Positions 20,294-30,203 of a stretch of 64,000 nt of DNA are shown here, one piece after another (the first letter of the stretch is position 1; every line of letters begins with the position of its first letter). A program made the translations under genes and the position numbers. The notes under the pieces are model-generated. The model ran no database searches. It was not told the DNA's origin and worked only from the letters and a program-made list of their open reading frames with translations. The DNA comes from Promethearchaeota archaeon (GTDB lineage: Archaea; Asgardarchaeota; Lokiarchaeia; Sigyniarchaeales; SOKP01): contig JAGXNO010000002.1 of the NCBI GenBank assembly GCA_019894975.1, positions 32,001 to 96,000 on the forward strand. The letters are read 5' to 3'.

Positions 20294-21361
20294 TTAAAAG
20301 AGAAGGATCGAGCTAAAAAATAACACAGTTGAAACAATGAAGTTAAAAGATAAATTATCGTCAATTTCTAGATCTAAATAATCAATAATGCCAATAACTA
20401 ACGCTCCTAGAACTGGCATTAAAATCAATCCAAAATGTTTTGGTATGTAAAATCCTCTCAGTGTCAATAACACAACTACTCCTGAGATGAAGGCAACAAT
20501 AACTCCCGCAAATAATCCTTCATAAGTTTTATTTGTATCACGGATTTTTCTTTTCCCGAATGTTCGACCAAATAGATTCGAAGCTGTGTCTCCAATTACG
20601 CCCATAGCCATTGAAGTACAGATTATTAAAGGACCAATTGGTTGAATAAGGCCATACAAAAGAATTATGGAAAAACAACCAATACTCATAGAAATATGGG
20701 GGCCTAACCTCATATGCAATTCCTTTTCTTTTAGTATTTGATTTACAGCTTTTAAAGGATAATATTTTGGTATTAAAATTTTTGTAAAATCAGCAGTTAA
20801 TAATCCTATTAAAGAAACCCCAACTAAGAAAACTACCAAGTTTTGAGTAAAAATCATAATATCATCACCCAATTCAAACATTTCAACAAAGAAGTTTGGC
20901 AAAAATTCTGAGAGATATCTAAAAACATTTTGAACCAGAAAACCTAGCGTGAAATAGAAAAATATAATACCTAATACCACTAAGTGAGTTAATTTTCGAT
21001 ATATATCGTATTTCAATGGTAAAATTTTCAACCTCGATTTGATTTCTTCAAGATTTTTTTTACCCCTTTCAATTTTTCTCTTTTCTCTGATTACTAAAAT
21101 AAAAAAAAGGGGGATAAAAAAAATAATAAAAAGGAGAAATAAAACATCAAAAGGAAATGCAATAAAACGAGTATTTTTTGGATTTATAATATGGATAATA
21201 GACAAATTAATCGTAATCGAAGATATAAATATAATTGAGTTTGCAAGATTGTTTATGAAAGCTCTTTTCTCGCTTTTCTGTTTTGCTAAGTAAGTAATAT
21301 AAAAAAGAATAAAGCTAAAAAAATATAAGAAGCAAACAATAAAAAATGAAAGGGGGTTCAA
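20294..21361 (-). CDS. CTP-dependent polyprenol/diacylglycerol kinase (dolichol kinase/Dgk1-like)
   Basis: RKLTH, GD..S.LFGR.FG, KTYEG..AG, DDNL; multiple TM helices. Confidence 0.85.
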   Translation of the reverse strand: MNPLSFFIVCFLYFFSFILFYITYLAKQKSEKRAFINNLANSIIFISSITINLSIIHIINPKNTRFIAFPFDVLFLLFIIFFIPLFFILVIREKRKIERGKKNLEEIKSRLKILPLKYDIYRKLTHLVVLGIIFFYFTLGFLVQNVFRYLSEFLPNFFVEMFELGDDIMIFTQNLVVFLVGVSLIGLLTADFTKILIPKYYPLKAVNQILKEKELHMRLGPHISMSIGCFSIILLYGLIQPIGPLIICTSMAMGVIGDTASNLFGRTFGKRKIRDTNKTYEGLFAGVIVAFISGVVVLLTLRGFYIPKHFGLILMPVLGALVIGIIDYLDLEIDDNLSFNFIVSTVLFFSSILLF

Positions 21362-21466
21362 TAATTACCAATCTCTTGAAAGTTTAATATTTAAAGTATC
21401 CCTAAATTTTAAGATTTTCTCTAAATCAATTAAAAGAAAAAAAAAAAAAAAAGAATTTATTATAAT

Positions 21467-22882
21467 TTAAAATTGAGATTCATCAATTTTTGGCATTTCC
21501 TCTGAAGCTAAAGCCCTTTGGATTTCTTCTGTCGGTAATTCGTAGTTTTCTAAATCGCCGGTCATGTAATTTTTATAAGCTAATAAATCAAAGAATCCAT
21601 GACCGCTAAAATTGAACAGAATTACTTTCTTTTCTTTCTCTTCCTTAGCTTTTAAAGCTTGATCGATAGCTTCCTTAATTGCATGGGTTGTTTCGGGAGC
21701 AGGAAGGATTCCTTCTGCTTTTGCAAATTGTAATCCTGCACCTATAGCCTCATTTTGATGATGCATTTCTGCTGAAATTACTTTATTGTTGTACAATATT
21801 GAAACAATAGGAGCAATCCCATGGTATCTCAATCCACCTGCATGAATCGGACTCGGAATAAAAGTGTGACCTAACGTATGCATTTTTACGATCGGACCTT
21901 TCATTGAAGTATCCCCAAAATCCCATCGATATTCACCTTTACAAACGCTAGGGCAAGCCCGCGGCTCTACTCCTATTATTTCCACTTCTGAATTAATTCC
22001 ATTTAATTTATCTTTAGCGAATGGAATCATCAAACCAGCGAAGTTAGATCCACCTCCCATGCATCCAATAACAACATCAGGATTCTTGATCCCAACCTTT
22101 TCTAATTGGAGCTTTGCTTCTTGTCCAATAATTGTTTGATGTAGAAGTACAAAATTCACAACGCTTCCTAAAGAATATCTAATTTTATCGCTCCTTAAAC
22201 TGTGTTCTAGTGCTTCAGAAATTGCAATTCCAAGACTACCAGGATGATCAGGATCTTTGGCTATAAAAGCTTTTCCTGATTCCGTAAGATTCGAAGGGCT
22301 AGCATGAACTTCGGCATCATAAGACCTCATTAAAATTTTCCTACCAGGCTTTTGAATAAAACTAGCTCTTACCATATAAACTGTGCATTTTATGTCAAAT
22401 AAGTTACATCCATACGCCAAACCTGAACCCCATTGACCCGCTCCAGTTTCTGTAACTAACTCTTCTAAACCGTCCTTCTTAGCATAATAGGCTTGAGCGA
22501 TGGCAGTATTAGGTTTATGTGATCCCGTAGGAGATACTGACTCATTTTTATAGAAAATTTTTATATCATCTCCTTCTATTCCTAACTCTTTTTCCAGACC
22601 TAAAGCGCGATGGAGCGGAGTTGGTCTATAGGTGCTAACCAAAATCTCTCTTACCTTATTTGGAATGGGTATTGTTTCTTCTTGAGATACTTCTTGTAAA
22701 ACACATTCTTTGGGAAAAATCGCGAAAGCCATCTCTGGAGGAGCCGGCTTTCCATCCATAGGATTGACCAAAGGAGTCATAGGAGTAGGTAAATCCGGTA
22801 CTATATTTACCCATTCCTTAGGTACTTCATTTGGCTCTAAAAATATCCGTGCTTTGAAATAATCTACCATTTTCTTTACCAC
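21467..22882 (-). CDS. trpB2: TrpB-like PLP enzyme (tryptophan synthase beta, type 2)
   Basis: RPTPL.RA, SPTGSHKPNTA, TETGAGQWG, GGGSNF, IHAGGLRYHG, PAPE..HA, SGHG. Confidence 0.95.
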   Translation of the reverse strand: MVKKMVDYFKARIFLEPNEVPKEWVNIVPDLPTPMTPLVNPMDGKPAPPEMAFAIFPKECVLQEVSQEETIPIPNKVREILVSTYRPTPLHRALGLEKELGIEGDDIKIFYKNESVSPTGSHKPNTAIAQAYYAKKDGLEELVTETGAGQWGSGLAYGCNLFDIKCTVYMVRASFIQKPGRKILMRSYDAEVHASPSNLTESGKAFIAKDPDHPGSLGIAISEALEHSLRSDKIRYSLGSVVNFVLLHQTIIGQEAKLQLEKVGIKNPDVVIGCMGGGSNFAGLMIPFAKDKLNGINSEVEIIGVEPRACPSVCKGEYRWDFGDTSMKGPIVKMHTLGHTFIPSPIHAGGLRYHGIAPIVSILYNNKVISAEMHHQNEAIGAGLQFAKAEGILPAPETTHAIKEAIDQALKAKEEKEKKVILFNFSGHGFFDLLAYKNYMTGDLENYELPTEEIQRALASEEMPKIDESQF

Positions 22883-22961
22883 ATAAATTTATTTTCATAC
22901 ATTAAATGTGTATCGTTAAAATATTGGAATTCAACAGTTTAATGCACACCAAAAGCATCGA

Positions 22962-23045
22962 TTTAGTCTTGAAAAAAACTAAAGTATGAGAAATAGTATG
23001 TTTTAATTAAATTTCATCCAATGTGAGGGCGTTATCGTGAACGCC
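22962..23045 (-). promoter_or_regulatory. Candidate attenuator RNA elements in the trpB2 leader
   Basis: GGCGTT/AACGCC hairpin (23028-23045) over the leader stop codon; second hairpin (22962-22983) containing a U7 tract (22972-22978). Confidence 0.55.
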
Positions 23046-23088
23046 AAGGCCACTGCCAGCACCAATTTAGGTTTGAAGCTAGTGTCAT
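23032..23088 (-). CDS. Trp-rich leader peptide MTLASNLNWCWQWPWRSR
   Basis: ATG at 23088, four TGG codons within seven codons, TAA at 23032; about 150 nt upstream of trpB2 on the same strand. Confidence 0.75.
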   Translation of the reverse strand: MTLASNLNWCWQWPWRSR

Positions 23089-23263
23089 GATTAATAATTG
23101 AATGAATAATTTAATATATTGATAATTTTATAGTTCGTTTAAAAAGTTAACTTTTTCTTGCTGACAATTACGTGATATTAGGTTTTAAGTACAAAAAGAT
23201 TTACAGAATTGTCAAAAGAACTACAAAATGTAATTAAATTTGAATAGGTTGTGATTTACATCT

Positions 23264-23668
23264 TTATCTATCTTCGAAGACTTTATAAAGGTTTTTGGCA
23301 GCAATACGCATAACCTTCACGGTCTTCATTAATGTGTCTATAACCGTTCCGGCGCAAACGATCACTAATCGGCCAGCATTTGTAATGATTATGTAGCCAT
23401 TTTCTGCTCTTACAATTACTTCACTTAAATCTTCTTGGAATAATGTTTGGATTGTTGATCTTCCCGTCATCAATAATGCACTAGCAAGTCCACAGAATTG
23501 ATCTCCATCAACATTATATTGGGGAAGAGCTGAAAATGCTATTTGATAACCTTCAGAACTTACAAGCGCAATAGCTTCTATATCTGCATTAGAAGTAATA
23601 AAAGTAATTTGAGGACTAATTTTCTCTATATCTTCTTGATTTATGCCTAAATCGGAACCAAACTGTAT
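23264..23668 (-). CDS. Roadblock/LC7 domain protein; probable start ATA at 23668 (ORF track extends to 23797)
   Basis: IEAIALVSSEG, GLASALL..G, EVIVRAENGYIII; AAGGTG Shine-Dalgarno at 23676-23681. Confidence 0.8.
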   Translation of the reverse strand: MQFGSDLGINQEDIEKISPQITFITSNADIEAIALVSSEGYQIAFSALPQYNVDGDQFCGLASALLMTGRSTIQTLFQEDLSEVIVRAENGYIIITNAGRLVIVCAGTVIDTLMKTVKVMRIAAKNLYKVFEDR

Positions 23669-23935
23669 GGGTAAACACCTTAAATGCTTAAAGGAATATG
23701 TATCGAATGTTATAATTATAATAATAATATTTCTTATTATATTTTTATATTTTAATTTGGAGAGAGATTTTAGATTGTAACTTTTCCAGTTAGTCAATCT
23801 ATAAACTAATTAAAAATAAATTATAACAATTTTTTGACTTAAGACAATTTATAAATTTTTTAGGAAGAATTGTGCAAAAAGAATTAATACTAAAATTTTA
23901 TTAATTAAACAATTAAGATTTGTATTTATTATACC

Positions 23936-26236
23936 ATGATAACTACACGGGAATCAATTAATTATCAATTTTCTTTAATTTTTGGATATTCATCTCCAAA
24001 CGATATCATTACTGGGGATGTCATTGGTCCTGGAAGATTGACAAGAAAAAAGGTAAACGAGCTCTCAAGAGAGATAATACAATTTTTAACAATGTATAAT
24101 GCAATATTGAGAGATTATACTGGATCAGAAGTGTTCAGCATTGAATTTAATTTACATAATCTAGATGAACAAAGTGCTAAAACAAATATTTACCCTAAAT
24201 CTATGATATTTTTACCTGGAAGGTTTAAAGATTGTGAAAATTTGCTTCTTGCTTTAAAACCAGAAACAGGATATTTGGATGTTCATAAAACAAGGAATTC
24301 AGTAAACGATATATGTAAGTTATTTTATGAGGTTGAGGAATTTGCTGACAGATCAGAGCTTAAAATAGAAAATAAACAACTCCTTTATGATAAATTTGCT
24401 TCAAGGTTTAGTAAAAAATTATTTGGGGATCTTATTGAAAATAAATGGAATAAGAAGTTAATCGGTCTAAGCGCATCTCTCCCAACAGAAAAAGAAATGT
24501 TAAATGTATATGCAAAAATTATATCTAATGTTGAGATTTTATGGAATAAAACACCAATCGAAATTAATTTATTAGATTCCAAATTCGAAAAGATTAAAAC
24601 TCCATTCGAGGGACAACAAGCACTAGAACATCTCAAATACTCAATATCTGAACCAAGTGCCAATTTTGTTATCGATAAAACCTTAAATCTAGGAACAAGC
24701 CTTATTAATTTAGCAAATTTAGGAACTTTAGATGAATTCCAAGATGATATAGTAAACTTCTTGATCTTTCGTATCAAGGAAGAAATTGAGGATATATCAG
24801 AAATACACACAGGAGAATGGTTGGTTGCTAAATTTAATAAGATTTTACTTAGTTTAGAGGTTTATATAAATAAATTCCTTGAGTATTCAAATACTTTTCT
24901 CACCTCGGGGGAAATTGGTGAACTATCTGAGTTATTAGAAAGATACAAGCAATTCATCGTAAACAAAGGCAGACTAGAAAATGTGGATTTTGCTGAGATT
25001 TGTAATTATGTTATTAAATTTATCAACCGATCAATTATCCAGAAGGAGACATTGAGATCAATAGAATTGAGTTCTGTATTTAATTATTTCTCAGAAATTA
25101 ATAGAAAAAGTATAGCTCTGATCAGAACTTCTCTTCCAAACTATCTTTCTCGTCGTCGCTTGAAAACACTGACAAACGAATTAATTGAAAATCTTAAACA
25201 AAAATTTAACAAAGAACAAAAACCCGCTAAAATTTTAGGTATTAATCTACTAAATAAATTTCAAGATTATTTAATTAATCAAATTGAAATTGAATCAATC
25301 ACTTTAACAAAAAATCTTCTATTTGATGAGAAGAAACTCATTAATAATTTTATCAAATTAGTTTCCAATAATCTTGAAACATTTTTTGATAAAATTAATT
25401 TGAAAATAGAAGATTTAGTTTCATTTGCTGAAACCCAAATGGAAAGTAATACAAATGTGATTAACTCCCATTTAGAGAAATTTAAAAGATTTTCAAATGA
25501 ATTAAATTATTTATTAAGCTATATATTAAGACATTCCACAATCAATCGTTATATCAAAGAAGAATTTAGCAATGAGACAATAGATCCTGTTAGTTTTGCA
25601 AATAAATTTCATCGTTTCTTGGAAAAAAGGATTGGTGGGATTAATTTAGCCTGGAGTTCTTATGTTCTTGATTGGATAATAGATTATTCTAAAAAATTTC
25701 TAAAAATTGAAAATAAGAAAGATTGGACTTTAAATGAAATTTATTTCGACTTTTTAGAATATCTGGAAAATCGGGAACAAAAAGAACAGAAATTAGAGAA
25801 TTTCTTACAGTTCTTAGATTCTTATATCTCAAAAATAGCCAATGTTGAGGAAAAAAATAATCTTTTTGAGTTTTATAAGCAATATGAATTTAGCATTGGG
25901 ATTAATGAAGAATTTCCAAAATATGTTAAAAATAAAGTAATGAATGAACTTACACTAAAAATCCTTCAACAAGAAGAACTACCTCCTATTGAATTTTTTA
26001 AAATTGGGGGTGAAGAAGCATTTTATAAGCATATTAAGAACATGGATCTGAAATACTTCTCAAAACTTATTCCACAACCACTTACATTGATCTTAAAGCA
26101 TAATTTAACAGAGCAAGAAAAGGATTTATTCAAGGGAGAGCTTTTTCATGTTATAAATTTTAAATTTTGGCATAATAACGTAAGATTTGAACTATCAGAC
26201 AATTTTAAAGAAGTATATAGAGAATGGATGAAATAA
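23936..26236 (+). CDS. Large helical hypothetical protein
   Basis: 766-aa ORF overlapping the next gene. Confidence 0.7.
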   Translation: MITTRESINYQFSLIFGYSSPNDIITGDVIGPGRLTRKKVNELSREIIQFLTMYNAILRDYTGSEVFSIEFNLHNLDEQSAKTNIYPKSMIFLPGRFKDCENLLLALKPETGYLDVHKTRNSVNDICKLFYEVEEFADRSELKIENKQLLYDKFASRFSKKLFGDLIENKWNKKLIGLSASLPTEKEMLNVYAKIISNVEILWNKTPIEINLLDSKFEKIKTPFEGQQALEHLKYSISEPSANFVIDKTLNLGTSLINLANLGTLDEFQDDIVNFLIFRIKEEIEDISEIHTGEWLVAKFNKILLSLEVYINKFLEYSNTFLTSGEIGELSELLERYKQFIVNKGRLENVDFAEICNYVIKFINRSIIQKETLRSIELSSVFNYFSEINRKSIALIRTSLPNYLSRRRLKTLTNELIENLKQKFNKEQKPAKILGINLLNKFQDYLINQIEIESITLTKNLLFDEKKLINNFIKLVSNNLETFFDKINLKIEDLVSFAETQMESNTNVINSHLEKFKRFSNELNYLLSYILRHSTINRYIKEEFSNETIDPVSFANKFHRFLEKRIGGINLAWSSYVLDWIIDYSKKFLKIENKKDWTLNEIYFDFLEYLENREQKEQKLENFLQFLDSYISKIANVEEKNNLFEFYKQYEFSIGINEEFPKYVKNKVMNELTLKILQQEELPPIEFFKIGGEEAFYKHIKNMDLKYFSKLIPQPLTLILKHNLTEQEKDLFKGELFHVINFKFWHNNVRFELSDNFKEVYREWMK

Positions 26237-28443
26237 CTATGATAAGTGGAATAAAGAGAAAGACAACCGCGATTGAAAGTACTTTTAGATTTTTCCAAAC
26301 CGTTGATTTAATAATTTCACACTTCAAAAGAGAAGCAGATAAGATCAAAATCTTTGAATTAACCAGTAAGGACACAACATTTAAAGATCTATTAATTGCA
26401 ACTGCAACTATTCATATTTATCATAATTTAGGAGTAAAAGTACAAAATACTATAGATTCTAACAAATTTACTTTTGATTCTACTAAAAACCTAGAAGTTT
26501 CTGAAAAAGCGATTCTAACAGAAGAATTAGGCTCCTTATTAAAAAATTCATTTTTATTAGAAGCAAGTTTACTTAAAAAGGAAATTGATTTAGAAAACAA
26601 GTTCATATCATTTCTAATTGAAGTTAGAAAGGAAGATCTTCAAGAAATTCAAAGGGATAAAATGATTAAGGAGATTGAAACTCAAATTGAACAAGAACTA
26701 CAGGAAATAATCCGAAATTATCCTTCCTTTTATTTTTATGATTTAATAGGGGATTTAATTGGCCTCAATAATGAAATCAAGTTAGATATCTTAGAAGAAA
26801 GCTCTGCTTTTAAAGAGGTCTCTGTTGATATAGAAAAGAAGTTAAAACTAGAAGAAAAGGAAGATAAATTTATCGAATTAGCAACGTTAGATCGAATGAT
26901 TAATAAAATTCGTAATGATTTTGAATTTAAATCTTATAAAGAATTACAAGTTGAAGCTATGCCTGTAAGAATGATAAAAAGGAGAGTTGTGGATTTTAAT
27001 TTCGAATGTTTCCCCATTTCTATCCCAGGATTAAGCACTTTTGAAAAGGCTAATAACATTAAAAAGGAAATAATTGATAAAATTGAAGAAGCGCTTTATC
27101 AAAAAATCAATTATGAACAGTTTGAAAATGAACTCCTACTTTACTTAAAATCAGAATTGATTAAGAAATTGAAAGAGAATCCAAATGATTTTATTTACTA
27201 CTTGCAGTGCTTAAACGAATCTAGTTTTGATGAGATTATATACAATTTGAATAAATATGGTGTGAATAATATTCTTCATCTCTCAAATTTAGATTATGAA
27301 GTATCCGAGGAAGTAAAAAGAAATATGATAAGATATAATATAAAAAAGGTTGACATTACAGCACTTAATGATCTAAAAAGCAATCAAGGATACTCTAAAA
27401 AGAAGCAAATCATTGATAAAGTGTTTTTAAACGAATTGAAGTTAAAAAATTATTCTCACATTTTGTTTATATTAGATTTTGAAGATATTCTCAACAAAAT
27501 AGTAAAAGATATTTTCTTCTATATTTTATCAAAGTTTTTAAGACAGCTTAGTAGAATAATTGAATTGTATTCTAAAGTATCAAATGATAGATCATTACTA
27601 CTATTAGCATTGAAAAAAATAGATGGTACAATGGATTCAGAAGAATGGGTAAGAATTAAGTTAGAAGAATTAATAATCAAACGATTGAACAAAAGACAAG
27701 AAGAACTCGTAATTGTTTTGAATGCATCCAACCAACCTTTTCTAGTCAACGGTTTTATCTTAGCTCGATTAACTGAAAATTCTCTAAAAGATGGTATTTT
27801 TCAGTTAAAAAATAATGATAGTATGGTCTATGAAAATATTGCATCGTTAACACTAAAATCTGATTTGATATCCCCAATTTCTTATTGCATCGGTTATGAT
27901 ATAGTCAAAAGACTCGAAAAAATTGAACATGATCGTAAAGAGGATGTAACGCAAAAGATCGAAGCAAAAGAAAAGGAGAAACAAGTACAAGCTAAAAAAA
28001 TAAGAGAAAAACAAGAATTGAGTACTTTAAATTGGATTGAAAGGAGAATAACAAGTTCTCTTATGAGGATCAACAGTCCTGGAATCAACCCAAATCAATT
28101 ATACTGGCAGGAAAAAGACTCTAAAACAGCTACCGAGAATATTAAGCTTCATAGTGAATTAAAGGGGGATTCTATAGATTTGATCTGTCAATTTTTTAAT
28201 TTTGCAGTTGAGAAAATTAAATCGTTTGATCCCAAAATAAACCTACCAACTGTAGAAAACATTAGAAGAGAGGTTAGTGAAATAAGTGCAAATGTGCTGA
28301 GTAAGAGAGTCAATGATCCCAAGTCTCTCAAAGATAAACCAGATCTACTTGATGGTGAAAGATATGAGATTTCTTCTAATATTGCTAAAAAGATTGGGAA
28401 ATTATTAGATAAAGCACTTTACTCTAAATTTAAAAAAAAATAA
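26224..28443 (+). CDS. Large helical hypothetical protein
   Basis: 739-aa ORF with coiled-coil segments. Confidence 0.7.
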   Translation: MDEITMISGIKRKTTAIESTFRFFQTVDLIISHFKREADKIKIFELTSKDTTFKDLLIATATIHIYHNLGVKVQNTIDSNKFTFDSTKNLEVSEKAILTEELGSLLKNSFLLEASLLKKEIDLENKFISFLIEVRKEDLQEIQRDKMIKEIETQIEQELQEIIRNYPSFYFYDLIGDLIGLNNEIKLDILEESSAFKEVSVDIEKKLKLEEKEDKFIELATLDRMINKIRNDFEFKSYKELQVEAMPVRMIKRRVVDFNFECFPISIPGLSTFEKANNIKKEIIDKIEEALYQKINYEQFENELLLYLKSELIKKLKENPNDFIYYLQCLNESSFDEIIYNLNKYGVNNILHLSNLDYEVSEEVKRNMIRYNIKKVDITALNDLKSNQGYSKKKQIIDKVFLNELKLKNYSHILFILDFEDILNKIVKDIFFYILSKFLRQLSRIIELYSKVSNDRSLLLLALKKIDGTMDSEEWVRIKLEELIIKRLNKRQEELVIVLNASNQPFLVNGFILARLTENSLKDGIFQLKNNDSMVYENIASLTLKSDLISPISYCIGYDIVKRLEKIEHDRKEDVTQKIEAKEKEKQVQAKKIREKQELSTLNWIERRITSSLMRINSPGINPNQLYWQEKDSKTATENIKLHSELKGDSIDLICQFFNFAVEKIKSFDPKINLPTVENIRREVSEISANVLSKRVNDPKSLKDKPDLLDGERYEISSNIAKKIGKLLDKALYSKFKKK

Positions 28444-28551
28444 TCATTTTAAAAATAACTCACAGAGCATTATCTTTAAAATGAAAAAGATATTAAAATA
28501 TTCTTTAATTAATTTATTTAAAAGATTTTTAGAAAACAACGTTTACTTCTT

Positions 28552-28824
28552 ATGCCTTCAATATTCTCTTGGATAAAGAAAGAATTTTCCTATATTAAAA
28601 AATCATTTATGGATATTATTAGAGGTTTAATCCTTTTCATTTTAGCATCATCTGGCCTTAGTATTGCGATTTTATTAAGATATTTTGATTATAACGGAAC
28701 TGTGATTACTTTCTTTGGGCTGATTGTAGAATTCATTGCTCTTCTTTTATGCTACCTATTATTAAGAGGATATCTAAAGTCTAAAGAAGAACAGGATACT
28801 TCTAAACCAAAAGAAAAGAAATAG
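28552..28824 (+). CDS. Small two-TM membrane protein
   Basis: Two hydrophobic helices and a charged tail. Confidence 0.65.
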   Translation: MPSIFSWIKKEFSYIKKSFMDIIRGLILFILASSGLSIAILLRYFDYNGTVITFFGLIVEFIALLLCYLLLRGYLKSKEEQDTSKPKEKK

Positions 28825-28835
28825 TGGAAATTTTC

Positions 28836-29558
28836 TTAGAAGTATTTTTCCCATGGTCTATAATCTATTTGATGAGAAATCAAATATTCCTTGATGTCTG
28901 AAATAAGAATACTCGGATCATATTCCCAAGCTTCCTCTTTATTGAAAGAAATGCATGTAATTCTTTTTAAATCCAATTTAGATCTTAATAGGTATCCATA
29001 CATTGCTACTTGTGGTAATGAGATTAAAAAATTACCCTCAGGTTTATAATCTATGACTTTAACTAAATCATCCTGAACTTGAAGTAGATCGATATGTCCT
29101 GTTATGACTTTACCATCAGCTTCATTCCAAATTGGGACTTCAATTGCTATTGAATCTTTGTCTTTAATAAGAATATTCTTTAGAATTGGATCATGTCCTG
29201 GTGTTTTTTCTTTTTGTTCCGTTTTATAAGTATCAATAACTTTCTGAGCATATCGAGGCAATTTTGAATCAGAATCATGATATCGAATTATCCCTGATCT
29301 AATCAATTTCTTGCTGAAACTTCTAATGAAAGCAGTTTTGATACCTTTAATTTTAAATTGTGATACTCTAGGAAGATTTCGAGAATTGAATAAATTGTTC
29401 GGAATTACTCCTTCGTAAACAACTTTGAAATGATGTTTAAGGTTATTTAATTCTATTTGATTTGCGGCGATTTGAGAATATTTTTCTCTATGATGTTCTT
29501 TATTCCAATTAAATGCATATGGAATATTTTGGTGTATGTAAATCTTTTTTTTGAGCAA
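28836..29558 (-). CDS. PD-(D/E)XK nuclease family protein
   Basis: EVPIW...GHIDLL...VIDYK...QVAMY (RecB-type motifs). Confidence 0.8.
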   Translation of the reverse strand: MLKKKIYIHQNIPYAFNWNKEHHREKYSQIAANQIELNNLKHHFKVVYEGVIPNNLFNSRNLPRVSQFKIKGIKTAFIRSFSKKLIRSGIIRYHDSDSKLPRYAQKVIDTYKTEQKEKTPGHDPILKNILIKDKDSIAIEVPIWNEADGKVITGHIDLLQVQDDLVKVIDYKPEGNFLISLPQVAMYGYLLRSKLDLKRITCISFNKEEAWEYDPSILISDIKEYLISHQIDYRPWEKYF

Positions 29559-29894
29559 TTTATGAACTCTCCTTCTAACAACTATTTCAAGAAATTAAAT
29601 TCCATATTCGTCTTAAATTTAATTTAAGAATTGAGTTTATTAAAAGAAATATATTAATAATTTATTAATTTATAGAGAAGGATTTCACCAGATTTAGGTA
29701 GAAAAATATTCTTTAAACATAAGAGAGAAGATTAATTTGATAGGTGTATATTCATCTTATGTATAAATATTCATCTATTTATCTCAAGATTAAGCTCAAT
29801 CTGATTTAATCCATCTAATTTCAAGTGAGTGAATTTTCATCGTACAAAAATTTAAAGATAAAACAATATTTTATTTATTAATCAGATTCAAAAA

Positions 29895-29998
29895 GGACTC
29901 GTAGCCTAGCCTGGTGGTTTTTTTCTTTATAATAACCATGTAAATAGGGCGTCAGACTTCTAATCTGAATGTCGCAGGTTCGAATCCTGCCGAGTCCG
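29895..29998 (+). tRNA. tRNA-Arg(UCU) with a 29-nt D-loop intron (29915-29943)
   Basis: GGACTCG/CGAGTCC acceptor stem; TCAGA CTTCTAA TCTGA anticodon arm; relaxed bulge-helix-bulge around the insertion. Confidence 0.9.
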
Positions 29999-30203
29999 CT
30001 TCTTTTTATTCCTTGATTAAATCTATCTTTTTTAACAATCATATATCATCTGGAGTTTGATTGTACAATGAATTCAATTCTTTAAATTGAAGGATAATAA
30101 TTAATAAATTCTATAGAAGAATCTTGTATCCCCCTATATGTTATATACAGAGATTAAAACCGAAACCTTCAAAAAAAAATCATAAATTAAGGATATCTTA
30201 AGT

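Noticed and set aside
21437-21452. Long poly-A run after trpB2
   Set aside because: Ordinary U-tract terminator or homopolymer artefact
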